A stretch of 64,000 nt of DNA from positions 1 through 64,000 of the forward strand of contig CAJWLU010000004.1 of assembly GCA_913043225.1 (NCBI GenBank), given 5' to 3'. Made by a program: the position numbers and the translations under genes. Each line of letters starts with the position of its first letter. The stretch's first letter is position 1. The notes beneath the pieces are model-generated. The model was not told the DNA's origin. It ran no database searches and saw only the letters and a list, made by a program, of their open reading frames with translations. Below are positions 43,917 through 53,704 of the stretch, piece after piece. Source of the DNA: an uncultured Acidobacteriota bacterium. Lineage in GTDB: Bacteria; Acidobacteriota; Vicinamibacteria; Vicinamibacterales; UBA8438.

Positions 43917-44750
43917 ATGGCTAGACGCGGGCTACCTCGTGCCGTGACCATGCGGCATGACGAGCACTACGTCGAGGCGTTAGCCGCCTCATCCGGAGCG
44001 CCAATCGGGCGGATGGTGCCGATCGATCAGGTCGACCCGAATCCTGATCAGCCGCGACAGGTTCTCGGTGACCTGTCTGAGCTGATGGCGTCGATTGCCG
44101 AGAAGGGCATCATCGAACCCCTAATCGTCCGACAGCGCCGGGGCCGGTTCCAGATTGTGGCTGGCGAACGCCGCTACCAGGCAGCGACCCGGGTCGGCAT
44201 CGCCGAAGTCCCCGTTGTCATTCGCGACGTGGACGACGCCGAACTGCTCGAGATTGCCCTCGTCGAAAACATCCAGCGCAAGGACCTGAGCCCGTTTGAA
44301 GAAGCAGAAGCTCTCAACACCCTTGTCAAGGATCACGGCCTCAGACACGAAGACCTGGCGCGCAGGCTAGGAAAGTCTCGCAGCTCGGTCACTGAGTCCC
44401 TCAGTCTCCACGCGATGCCCGACGACGTCCGCGAGCTTTGTCGGCTGGCCGACATTAGCTCCAAGTCCCTTCTTCTACAGGTGGTTAGGCAAGGAAATTC
44501 CGAGAAAATGATCGCCCTGATCGAGCAGTTAACCCGCGACGGCAGAGGCGCGACACGCGAGCAGGCACGGGCAGCCTCGACCAAACCGAAAGCCGGCCGA
44601 CCCCGCGCCTACACTTTTAAGTACGCTGCCCCCACCAAACATTTCGATCTCAGCCTCAAGTTTCGGAAGTCGCGGGTCAATCGCACCGAGATTATTCGCG
44701 CCCTCACAGAGATCATCGAAGAACTGAAGCACGCTGACCGGCAGAGCTAG
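43917..44750 (+). CDS. parB: ParB/Spo0J family partition protein
   Basis: PNPDQPR, GIIEPLIVR, IVAGERRYQA, ALVENIQRKDL, HTH LARRLGKSRSSV. Confidence 0.92.
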   Translation: MARRGLPRAVTMRHDEHYVEALAASSGAPIGRMVPIDQVDPNPDQPRQVLGDLSELMASIAEKGIIEPLIVRQRRGRFQIVAGERRYQAATRVGIAEVPVVIRDVDDAELLEIALVENIQRKDLSPFEEAEALNTLVKDHGLRHEDLARRLGKSRSSVTESLSLHAMPDDVRELCRLADISSKSLLLQVVRQGNSEKMIALIEQLTRDGRGATREQARAASTKPKAGRPRAYTFKYAAPTKHFDLSLKFRKSRVNRTEIIRALTEIIEELKHADRQS

Positions 44751-44977
44751 CCTGGTCGGCAGTTGAATTGCTCTCCAAAGAACGCTCAGGCACCCAGGGC
44801 AGCTAGAGCCCTCGGTCCGCCTATTCCTCACACAAGTTAACATAACAACCCTTATTGGACTCAATAACTACAGCGCTTGGTGGTCGCCAATAACCACTCC
44901 CTCCAGGATTCCGACGGACGTCCGGGCGCGCTCGGGAATACGACTGGCTGTCGTCAATGTTAGAATCTCCGTGACCA

Positions 44978-47323
44978 ATGCTCCGCACCCTCGACCGGTA
45001 TGTTCTGAGAGAGACCCTACCTATGGTCTTTCTGGTACTACTTGTCCTTACCTTCGTTCTCCTAATTCCACCGTTGATGCAGGTCGCCCAGAACCTGCTA
45101 GCCAAAGGCGTCGACGCCTGGACCGTAGCCGAGCTGCTCATCATGCTGGTTCCGCAGGGACTCGGCGTGACGATTCCGATGGCTGTTCTGGTCGGCCTGC
45201 TAATGGGATTGGGCCGGATGTCGGGCGACCGTGAAACCGTGGCGCTCCAAGCCTGCGGAGTCAGCATCTACCGCCTCCTTCGGCCGGTAGCCGCTCTCGG
45301 GCTAGTCGCGACGCTGGCTACGGCCTGGGTCGTGCACGTGGCGTTACCCGGGGCCAATCAACGCTATCGCGAGATAGTCTACGAAAGGCTCGCGTCGCGA
45401 GCGGCCGACGAGATCAAGGCTCGCGTCTTCTATCAGGGATTCCCTGGCGTCATCCTCTATATCTGGGACATCGACCAGGCCACAAACCAGTGGACGAACG
45501 TGTTCATGGCAGACAGCCGTGACCCTGACCAACCGCTCGCCTATCTAGCCGAAGAGGGCCGAGTCATTCTGGACCAAGAGCAGCGGCTGGTTGACATCGT
45601 GCTCGATCGGGCCACCGGGCACAGCGTGTCCCAAAACGACCCGACGGTGTACGACGTCAGCTACAACGAAGAACTCGTGCTTAAGCTCGATCCAGAGACC
45701 ATTTTCCCAGCAGGCGGCCCCGACATCGGCTATCGCGAGATGACGATGGCCCAGTTGCAGGCCGAAGTGGATACGCTCGTCGAGCAAGGGGTGTCGCCAC
45801 ACAACCCCATAATGGAGATTCACCAGAAATTCTCACTGCCGGTGGCATGCCTGGTGTTCGGACTTCTCGCGCTGGGGCTCGGGGTCACCAGCCGAAAGGA
45901 CGGTAAGCTGGCGAGCTTCGCTATCGGCATCGGCGTCATCTTCGCCTATTACATTCTGATGTACGGCGCCCGGGCCATGGCGAAAGGCGCGCTGGTCTCA
46001 CCCCATTTAGCCATGTGGGTGCCAGACATCTTGCTCGGGTTTGCTGGAATCGGCTTGCTGGCGTGGCGGTCTCACTCAGCCGAGCGCCGCATCAACTTGG
46101 GCTTCGGCCTCCTCAAGCGAACGCCCTCGGAGCCTCCGCTCGGAGCCGAGGAGCCAGTGGCGATCAGCGATTCGAGCGAGACCTTTCCGCGGGCGAATGG
46201 GCAGATCGACACCGACACCGGCACGCCTGGCGGCGTGCTGAGCTTACTCGACCGATACGTCGGCCAACAGTACTTAAAGCTCGTGGCGCTCTCGTTCGTC
46301 GGACTGCTGGGCATCTTCTACATCTCGACCTTCATCGACCTGTCGGACAAGCTCTTTAAGGGCGAGACGACGCTGATGCAGCTTGTCGAGTATTTCTATT
46401 ACGCCACCCCGCAGTTCGTGTACTTCGTACTTCCGATCTCGGCGCTGGTGGCAACCCTCATCACCATAGGAGTGCTAACCAAGAGCAGCGAGCTGACAGT
46501 CATGAAGGCGTGTGGCATCAGCCTCTACCGAGCCGCCCTGCCGCTGATTCTGTTCTCACTCACTTGGAGCGGCGTCCTGTTCGCGATGGAAGAAAGCTTC
46601 CTAGCCGACGCGAATCGGCGCGCCGAATCGCTACGCCACGTCATCCGCGGCGGCTCACCGCAGACGTTTGATGTACTCAACCGTAAATGGGTAGTCAGCC
46701 CAGACGGCGACATCTACAACTACGTACACTTCGACCCTACCAGCGCCGAGCTGCGTTCCGTCACGGTCTACGACTTCGACAACGATCAGTGGCGGCTCAA
46801 AGGTCGGAGCTTTGCGGCAAGGGCCAGCTACAGCGACGGATGGGAAGCGACCGATGTCTGGACTCGGTCGTTTGAAGGCGAAGGTGACAGCGCACAGGCG
46901 GGCGCCTTCGATCATTCCGAAACAGGCTCTCTGGGAATTGAACCGCCCGCCTACTTCTCTACCGAACAACCGGATGCTCAGCGAATGAGCTACCAGGAAC
47001 TTGGTAGCTACATCGGCAGCCTCGAGGCGAGCGGCGTCGATGTGGTCAAGCTCAAGGTCGACCTAGAACGCAAACTCTCCTTCCCTTTCGTGACTCTGAT
47101 TCTTACCCTCATCGCCGTACCGTTTGCGGTCACCACCGGTCGTCACGGCGCGCTTTACGGCGTCGGCATCGGCATCACGCTCGCCATCAGCTACTGGGTC
47201 GTGATTAGCGTATTCGCCGCCATCGGCAGCGCCGGCCTGCTCAGCCCTCTGCTCGCCGCCTGGGCGCCCAACGTCCTGTTCGGAGGTTCTGCCGTATATC
47301 TCCTGCTGACTGTCCCCACATAG
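44978..47323 (+). CDS. Fused LptF-LptG LPS export permease
   Basis: Two tandem YjgP/YjgQ halves, each beginning LDRYV and containing E(T/L)xxxxACG(V/I)S and AxWxP motifs; extended -10 TGTTAGAAT upstream. Confidence 0.92.
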   Translation: MLRTLDRYVLRETLPMVFLVLLVLTFVLLIPPLMQVAQNLLAKGVDAWTVAELLIMLVPQGLGVTIPMAVLVGLLMGLGRMSGDRETVALQACGVSIYRLLRPVAALGLVATLATAWVVHVALPGANQRYREIVYERLASRAADEIKARVFYQGFPGVILYIWDIDQATNQWTNVFMADSRDPDQPLAYLAEEGRVILDQEQRLVDIVLDRATGHSVSQNDPTVYDVSYNEELVLKLDPETIFPAGGPDIGYREMTMAQLQAEVDTLVEQGVSPHNPIMEIHQKFSLPVACLVFGLLALGLGVTSRKDGKLASFAIGIGVIFAYYILMYGARAMAKGALVSPHLAMWVPDILLGFAGIGLLAWRSHSAERRINLGFGLLKRTPSEPPLGAEEPVAISDSSETFPRANGQIDTDTGTPGGVLSLLDRYVGQQYLKLVALSFVGLLGIFYISTFIDLSDKLFKGETTLMQLVEYFYYATPQFVYFVLPISALVATLITIGVLTKSSELTVMKACGISLYRAALPLILFSLTWSGVLFAMEESFLADANRRAESLRHVIRGGSPQTFDVLNRKWVVSPDGDIYNYVHFDPTSAELRSVTVYDFDNDQWRLKGRSFAARASYSDGWEATDVWTRSFEGEGDSAQAGAFDHSETGSLGIEPPAYFSTEQPDAQRMSYQELGSYIGSLEASGVDVVKLKVDLERKLSFPFVTLILTLIAVPFAVTTGRHGALYGVGIGITLAISYWVVISVFAAIGSAGLLSPLLAAWAPNVLFGGSAVYLLLTVPT

Positions 47324-47444
47324 GCGGTCCATGGCGAATCCTATTGAAGGCCTTTAACTCTACGTACGAGGTATGGCGCGAAGAGGGGGGTCCCCTGTTC
47401 CGACATATTGCTTCCTAGGTTGTTTGACCTATTCTGGGAAAGCT

Positions 47445-47483
47445 AAAAAAGAGGGCCTGGCACCCGCGTTGCGCACCAGGCCC
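47445..47483 (-). terminator. Intrinsic terminator of metK
   Basis: Minus strand GGGCCTGG...CCAGGCCC stem followed by TCTTTTTT. Confidence 0.8.
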
Positions 47484-47511
47484 GAACAACACCAATGGCG
47501 GCGACCCGCCG

Positions 47512-48663
47512 CTACAACCCTGCTGCTCCCCTTAGTGCGTCCGCCTTGTCCGTCCGTTCCCAACTGATCTCCGGCTCACTACGCCCAAAGTGGCCGAACG
47601 CGGCGGTCTGGCGATAGATGGGACGACGGAGGTCTAGCGCCTCGATGATGCCCTTCGGTGTGAGCTGGAAGTGCTCGCGCACGAGGTCGCTAATCCGGCT
47701 CTCGTCAAGCTTTGCGGTGCCAAAGGTCTCGATCAAGACCGACACCGGCTCCGCGACACCTATGGCGTACGCAAGCTGAACCTGCACCCGGTCGGCCAAC
47801 CCGGCGGCCACGCAATTCTTAGCCACGTACCGGGCCATGTAGGTAGCCGAGCGGTCTACCTTCGTGGGGTCTTTGCCAGAGAACGCACCGCCCCCATGGG
47901 GTGCATAGCCGCCGTAGGTGTCGACAATGATCTTCCGTCCGGTCAGCCCGGCGTCACCGTGAGGGCCTCCAGTAACGAAACGCCCCGTCGGGTTCACGTA
48001 GATGTGCGTCCTCTCGTCGAGAAGGTGCTCAGGGACGATGCAATTGATGACGCGGTTAAGGACGTCTTCACGGATCCGCTCGGTGCTCACGTCGTCGCTA
48101 TGCTGGCTGGAGACCACGACCGCATCGACGCGCTTCGGAGTGTCTCCGTCATACTCAACCGTCACCTGGGACTTGCCGTCAGGCCGGAGATAGTCGATGA
48201 CGCCATCTCGACGGGCGCGGGACAGTCCGCGGCACAGGTCGTGGGCCAGCGAGATCGGCAGCGGCATCAACGACTCTGTCTCACGACAGGCGTAGCCAAA
48301 CATCAGGCCCTGGTCGCCCGCACCGCCAGGGTCGACACCCATCGCGATGTCGGGTGACTGACCATGAATCGAGGACAGCACGGCACAGGTATCCGCGTCG
48401 AATCCGTACTTGGCGCGGTCGTAGCCGACCTCGCGAATGGTCTCTCGGACCACGTCGGTAAAGTCGGTCGTACCCTTGGTCGTAATCTCGCCTGCGATAA
48501 CCACCAGCCCAGTCGTTAACAGCGTCTCGCAGGCCACACGGCCGTTCGGATCCTGAGCGAGGACGGTGTCCACGATGCTGTCGGATACCTGGTCGGCGAT
48601 CTTGTCCGGATGACCTTCGGTGACCGACTCCGAAGTAAAGAGGTAGTTCCCGGTCCGGCGCAT
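47512..48663 (-). CDS. metK: S-adenosylmethionine synthetase
   Basis: [58 protein letters not shown] before ATG 48663. Confidence 0.98.
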   Translation of the reverse strand: MRRTGNYLFTSESVTEGHPDKIADQVSDSIVDTVLAQDPNGRVACETLLTTGLVVIAGEITTKGTTDFTDVVRETIREVGYDRAKYGFDADTCAVLSSIHGQSPDIAMGVDPGGAGDQGLMFGYACRETESLMPLPISLAHDLCRGLSRARRDGVIDYLRPDGKSQVTVEYDGDTPKRVDAVVVSSQHSDDVSTERIREDVLNRVINCIVPEHLLDERTHIYVNPTGRFVTGGPHGDAGLTGRKIIVDTYGGYAPHGGGAFSGKDPTKVDRSATYMARYVAKNCVAAGLADRVQVQLAYAIGVAEPVSVLIETFGTAKLDESRISDLVREHFQLTPKGIIEALDLRRPIYRQTAAFGHFGRSEPEISWERTDKADALRGAAGL

Positions 48664-48821
48664 TGGTAGCTCCTTGCCAAGTATCGGGTGCGTGGGGCCA
48701 GTGGATGGGACTTCACGAGCCGACGCGCCCCGGAATCTCCCTTGGTGAACAGGGATCCAGTAACCATAACAAAGCCTCATTCTCAGGGTCAACGGCGGGC
48801 GCGCCTCCGGCGCCGCCGGGA

Positions 48822-49730
48822 TCATGGCCGGGGATGGAACTCATCGTAAACTGCCTTTAGGCGGGCCTCGATGATGTGCGTGTAGATCTGCGTCGTTGAG
48901 AGGTCCGCATGGCCAAGCAACGTTTGAATCACCCGGAGGTCAGCACCCCGCTCGAGGAGATGAGTCGCAAACGAATGACGGAGCACATGGGGGCTGAGGT
49001 CTCGCGACAGACCAGCCTGGGCACCATATTTCTTGACAATCTTCCAGAAACCGACCCGCGTCAGCTCGCCTCCTCCGCGAGCGTTCGGGAACAGATGGGT
49101 TCCCTCGCGGCCCTTGAGCAACGCTTCCCTCGCTCCGGCGAGGTACCGCGTGATCCAGCCGGTAGCCGTTCGCCCGATAGGGACAACACGCTCCCTGGCC
49201 CCCTTCCCGAGACAGGTCAGATAGCCACCCTCGAGATGCACGTCGTCCACCCGTAGGCTGACGAGCTCGCTCACCCGCATACCGGTGGCATACAGTAGTT
49301 CGAGGAGCGCTTTGTCCCGGAGACCGCCCGGTGTCTCCACGTCCGGTTGTTCAAGTAGGCTGTCGACATCGTCGAGCGACAGAAATTTGGGCAGCGCCGG
49401 CCACGCCCGAGGCGCGCGCAAGTCGTCCGCCGGACTCACGGCTAGCTGACCGTCGCTCGCCAGGAAACGGAAGAAGCTCCGCACACAGGCCACCACCCGG
49501 GCCACCGAGCGTGGCGAGAGGCCAGCCGACATCAACTGGCGCACGAAAGCCTCCAATTCAAGCCGGCCCAGCATGACCGGGTCTAGCTCTACGCCCTTGG
49601 CAAACGCCATCAACCGCGCGAGATCGCGCCGGTAGGCTTCGAGCGTGTGCGGCGATAGCCGCCGCGAAACGCGGAGTTCTTCGAGAAACCCAGTCACTGC
49701 CTGATGCTCACCGACGGCGGCACCCTTCAT
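48822..49730 (-). CDS. xerD: Site-specific tyrosine recombinase XerD
   Basis: [50 protein letters not shown], terminal HPR; start uncertain. Confidence 0.92.
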   Translation of the reverse strand: MKGAAVGEHQAVTGFLEELRVSRRLSPHTLEAYRRDLARLMAFAKGVELDPVMLGRLELEAFVRQLMSAGLSPRSVARVVACVRSFFRFLASDGQLAVSPADDLRAPRAWPALPKFLSLDDVDSLLEQPDVETPGGLRDKALLELLYATGMRVSELVSLRVDDVHLEGGYLTCLGKGARERVVPIGRTATGWITRYLAGAREALLKGREGTHLFPNARGGGELTRVGFWKIVKKYGAQAGLSRDLSPHVLRHSFATHLLERGADLRVIQTLLGHADLSTTQIYTHIIEARLKAVYDEFHPRP

Positions 49731-49868
49731 TGCCCGCTCATTTTGGCCGTTGTATACTTTTTTCACGTGTATTCACCGATCTGGCGGGTCCTTTCTAGCA
49801 CCCGTCGCGCGAGATACGGCGGACCGTTTGCCCTGCAATTCATCGGGTACTCAGCGGTGACTTCTCAC

Positions 49869-51134
49869 ATGTCAGAACAGCTAAATCACAGATCTGGACG
49901 GGGCTTTATCACGCCTGGACTCGTGCTGGCGATCACCCTCGCCGGCTGCGCTTCGCGCACCTCGCCGGCGACCGCCCCCACCATACCAGTGGAGCCTGCC
50001 GACTTCGAGACCCAGCTCTCCGAATATGTTCAGGTGCAAGAGGCGCTAGCCGCCGACGACTTCGTCGCCGCCCGGACCGAGCTCGAAGAATTCGCTCAGC
50101 TCACCGACGCCGCCACGCAGGCTCTGGCCCTTGTCGCTCTCGACGCTGGAAACATCGAGGCCATGCGCGCCGACTTCAAACCACTATCCGAGTCGCTGGT
50201 GTCCCAGGAGCTCCCCCAGGGGTTCGCGCGCGCCTACTGTCCGATGTACGACAACGGGTCTTCCTGGATTCAACGCGACGGCCCGGTCCGCAATCCCTAT
50301 TACGGCGCGGCCATGCTGACCTGCGGCGTGGTCGACGCGGCCGCCGGCGCGCATATGGACCACGGCCCACAGCACGGTGGCACCGTGTTCATGGCGCCAG
50401 ACAGCTTCCATCACATCGAAGGCATCTACCCCGAGCCTGGTGTGTTCCGGCTGTATGCGACGAATAACTACCGGGAACCGGTCGACGTCAGCGGCTGGAC
50501 CGGCCGGGCCGTCACCCAGGAGGACTACGACGCGGACACGGACGAGTTCGTCGAGGTGGCCGCGTTCGACCTCATCCCCGGCCCGGATGGTGCCTACCTC
50601 GAGGCGCTGATCCCGGGCGGCGCGATTCCTGCCGAGGTCGCGGCCAAGGTGTTCTTCGAACCGGACTTCCCCGCCGAGCGGTTCGACTTCATCTTCGCCG
50701 AGCTCACGGTCGAAGCGTCGGTGGACGCCGCTCCGACCAGTGGCGCGGTCGCCCTGGACGCTCCTGAGACGGTGCCGCTATCGCAACGTATCCTGCCAGA
50801 CATCCCGGCCCAGGCTGGCGACATCGCGGTCGCAATTGTCACGCGGGACCGCCAGATCCAGGACATGATCGGGCGCGGCGCCTTTACCGAGATATTCATC
50901 CCGGCTCTTCAGGCCAAGGAGCTCGCGTTGGCGCTTCAGCGCAACGAACAGCCGCTACCAGATGCCGCGCGCAATCAGGTTCAGATTGCCGTACGTCACC
51001 TCGTACGAGCAGCCTATCTGCTCGACTGGTACGGCGACCTGGGCAACAAGAACGACGTCGACAGTGCGTACGGCGTATTTGGCGACGCGGTCGGTATCAT
51101 CAGTGAGGTCTACGGCCTACCAGGCGGCCAGTAA
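49869..51134 (+). CDS. Multi-domain metal-binding lipoprotein (DUF3347-like domain plus His-rich domain)
   Basis: Lipobox LAGC; YCPM...WIQ...NPYYGAAMLTCG; HMDHGPQHGG...HHIEG; helical C-terminus. Confidence 0.75.
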   Translation: MSEQLNHRSGRGFITPGLVLAITLAGCASRTSPATAPTIPVEPADFETQLSEYVQVQEALAADDFVAARTELEEFAQLTDAATQALALVALDAGNIEAMRADFKPLSESLVSQELPQGFARAYCPMYDNGSSWIQRDGPVRNPYYGAAMLTCGVVDAAAGAHMDHGPQHGGTVFMAPDSFHHIEGIYPEPGVFRLYATNNYREPVDVSGWTGRAVTQEDYDADTDEFVEVAAFDLIPGPDGAYLEALIPGGAIPAEVAAKVFFEPDFPAERFDFIFAELTVEASVDAAPTSGAVALDAPETVPLSQRILPDIPAQAGDIAVAIVTRDRQIQDMIGRGAFTEIFIPALQAKELALALQRNEQPLPDAARNQVQIAVRHLVRAAYLLDWYGDLGNKNDVDSAYGVFGDAVGIISEVYGLPGGQ

Positions 51135-51153
51135 GGCGCTACAAGGGAATGCG

Positions 51154-52368
51154 ATGCGACGCTATACCGCAGTACTCGTCGGAGCAACGTTAGTCCTGGC
51201 CCTCGGCCCCATTAGACAGCAGATTCACGGCCATACGCCGATCGCGTCCAGGTTCACCTACAACGAACACATCTATCCTATTTTTGAAGACCAGTGCGGA
51301 AGCTGCCACGTCGAAGGCGGCATCGCCCCAATGTCGCTGCTGACCTACCAGGAGGCGTATCCCTGGACTCAATCCATTCGCGAAGAAGTCCTGGGGCTAC
51401 GGATGCCACCCTGGAAGGCTGAAGACGGCTTCGGTCAGTTCAAGAATGGCCACGTACTCCCGGCTCACGAGCTCGACATGATCCTAGAGTGGGCGGCCGG
51501 TGGTTATCCGCAGGGACCTCGAGACCAGGTTCCGACGCCTCCCGCTCCGCTCACCGACTGGAAACTTGGGGCCCCGACCCTGGAGCTGACCATTCCGGAA
51601 CCATTCGCCCTGGGCGCGAATACCAGCGAGGTGGTCCGCTATTTCGCGATGGACAGCGGGCTAGAGACCGAACAACTGATCACCGGCGTTGAAGTGCTTC
51701 CCAGCAGCCGCGCCGTCGTGCGCCATGTCTCGGTCTACGTCGACACGAGCGGCACGGCGCGCGCTGCCGACAGCGCCGACCCGGCGCCCGGATTTGCGGA
51801 CGGATTCACCGGGCAACCGGTCTCGGTCTGGTGGCCAGGTCAACAGGTGGTCACCCTCGACGACGTCGGATACGCTCTGCCGGCCGGCGCCGACGTGGTC
51901 GTGCGCATCCTGTACAAGAAGACCTGGATCACCGAAGGCCAGCAGTTCTCAGACCAGACCCGGCTCGGGCTGCACCTGGCGTCGGACGTCTCTCCTATCG
52001 ACTCCGCCGTCCTCCACTCGCAGTCTGACCCGATCGATCGCCAGCTGACGTTCAGTCACCAGGTGGACGAGGACCTCACGCTGCTCGGCCTCCTACCCGA
52101 AGTGGATATCGATGCGACCGAGCTCAAGGTCGAAGGGGTCCACCCAGACGGCTCTCGTGAGCCGCTCCTGCTTATCCGTGAGCCGGACGCCGACTGGCCG
52201 ACTCGCTACTGGTTCGACACCCCCCACGTAATGCCCACCGGTAGCCATATCGAGGTGACGGCCACCCTCCGCCCAGGCGCCGAGCGGCGCGCCGTGTCCT
52301 CCCTATTCACCAGCCAGGCGCCAGTGCGTCTGCTCCTAGACTTCACTTCGGCCTCGGCCGCGAACTGA
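51154..52368 (+). CDS. Secreted c-type cytochrome with copper-monooxygenase-like beta domains
   Basis: Signal peptide; PIFEDQCGSCH heme motif, IAPMSL, MPPW, WKLGAP; beta-rich C-terminal part. Confidence 0.7.
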   Translation: MRRYTAVLVGATLVLALGPIRQQIHGHTPIASRFTYNEHIYPIFEDQCGSCHVEGGIAPMSLLTYQEAYPWTQSIREEVLGLRMPPWKAEDGFGQFKNGHVLPAHELDMILEWAAGGYPQGPRDQVPTPPAPLTDWKLGAPTLELTIPEPFALGANTSEVVRYFAMDSGLETEQLITGVEVLPSSRAVVRHVSVYVDTSGTARAADSADPAPGFADGFTGQPVSVWWPGQQVVTLDDVGYALPAGADVVVRILYKKTWITEGQQFSDQTRLGLHLASDVSPIDSAVLHSQSDPIDRQLTFSHQVDEDLTLLGLLPEVDIDATELKVEGVHPDGSREPLLLIREPDADWPTRYWFDTPHVMPTGSHIEVTATLRPGAERRAVSSLFTSQAPVRLLLDFTSASAAN

Positions 52369-52451
52369 GAAGGTCCGCCCGGGACGTTCGGGAGCCTCCC
52401 TCATCGAACGGCGCCCCTCTGGCTGCGGGCCCTCCTAGTCTCGTGTGCTCC

Positions 52452-52607
52452 CGGCGTGGACTGGACGGCCTGGATCCACAGGGATGGATTCCGGAGAAGC
52501 GTATCTCGCTGGAAAACGCAATCGACACCTATACCAGCCCCGCCTATGCGGGGTTCTTCGATGAGGTGGTCGGACAGATTACGGTGGAGCGCTCCGCCGA
52601 GAAGTAG
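52452..52607 (+). pseudogene. C-terminal remnant of an amidohydrolase_3 (YtcJ-like) gene
   Basis: Manual translation RRGLDGLDPQGWIPEKRISLENAIDTYTSPAYAGFFDEVVGQITVERSAEK*; no plausible N-terminus. Confidence 0.65.
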
Positions 52608-52608
52608 G

Positions 52609-53664
52609 TCAACTAAGCTCAATCGAACCGTCCACACGCATCAGCTCTGCATTGAGCAGCGCCGCGCCGGCCGCGCCCCTGACGGTGTTGTGACCCATCG
52701 CGACAAACTTGTGCCCCAGGACGGGACAGGCCCGGAGTCGACCGACCGACACAGCCATCCCCCGCTCCCGGTCAGCATCCAACCGTGGCTGCGGACGATC
52801 CCCCTCGGCGCGATAGATCACCGGCCGTGGTGGCGCACTCGGCAATGCCTCCTCCTGTGGACGCCCGATGAATGCACTCCACGCAGCGATCAGCGCGTCA
52901 CCCTCGACTGACTGGCCAAGTGCCACACTGACGAGCTCCATATGCCCGTTGATCACCGGCACTCGGGTCGTGGTCGCACTGACCACCACCGGATGCAGCG
53001 CGATTCCGCCATCCCCGAGCTCTCCGAGAATCTTCTGGGTCTCGGTCTCCATCTTCGGCTCTTCGCCTCGGATGAGCGGAAGAACGTTCCCGAGGATGTC
53101 GAGCGACGCCACACCCGGATACCCTCCACCCGAGACCGCCTGCTGCGTCGAGACGATGACCCGCTGCAATCCGAAGGTGCGGAGCGGCGCCAAGGCGAGT
53201 GCCAGCACGACCGTCGAGCAGTTCGGATTGGTAACGATCCGACCGTCCCAGCCACGCTCCGCCTGCTGCCGATCCAGGAGGGCCAGATGATCAGCGTTGA
53301 TCTCTGGAATTATGAGCGGGACGACCGGGTCCATCCGATGATTACTGGCGTTACTCACCACGATGTGGCCCGCCTGGGCGTATGCGATCTCCACCTCTCC
53401 CGCCACTGACGAATCGAGCCCGGAAAACAGCAGTCGCGGGGCATTACCAGGAACCACGCGTTCGACCGTCATCCTGGCCACGGCATCCGGGCGGGGAACG
53501 GGCAGCCGCCACTGGGTCGCCTCTTCATAGGCTTTGCCCGCAGACCGTTCGCTCGCGCCAATCCAGCTCACCTCGAACCACGGGTGATCCACTAGCTCAG
53601 CGATGAACTCCTGGCCCACGGTGCCGGTGGCACCCAGTATCCCGACCTCGATCTTCGCGCTCAT
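52609..53664 (-). CDS. asd: Aspartate-semialdehyde dehydrogenase (archaeal/fungal-type subfamily)
   Basis: GILGATGTVGQ, HPWF, ASERSAGK, PEINADH, catalytic NPNCS, HNTVRGAAGAALLNAE. Confidence 0.95.
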   Translation of the reverse strand: MSAKIEVGILGATGTVGQEFIAELVDHPWFEVSWIGASERSAGKAYEEATQWRLPVPRPDAVARMTVERVVPGNAPRLLFSGLDSSVAGEVEIAYAQAGHIVVSNASNHRMDPVVPLIIPEINADHLALLDRQQAERGWDGRIVTNPNCSTVVLALALAPLRTFGLQRVIVSTQQAVSGGGYPGVASLDILGNVLPLIRGEEPKMETETQKILGELGDGGIALHPVVVSATTTRVPVINGHMELVSVALGQSVEGDALIAAWSAFIGRPQEEALPSAPPRPVIYRAEGDRPQPRLDADRERGMAVSVGRLRACPVLGHKFVAMGHNTVRGAAGAALLNAELMRVDGSIELS

Positions 53665-53704
53665 GTCCGTACGGTCTCCTACGCTCGCCGCTCTCGCTAC
53701 AACG

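Noticed and set aside
47458..47472. Sigma54-like TGGCAC-N5-TTGC with correct -24/-12 spacing
   Set aside because: It lies inside the metK terminator hairpin and points antisense into metK with no downstream gene; probably coincidental.
48822..49730. Tyrosine recombinase as a possible prophage or island integrase
   Set aside because: Size and motifs match housekeeping XerD; no att repeats or phage genes nearby.
49759..49774. parS-like TTTCACGTG core upstream of xerD
   Set aside because: The right arm (TATTC) does not match AAACA; too degenerate.
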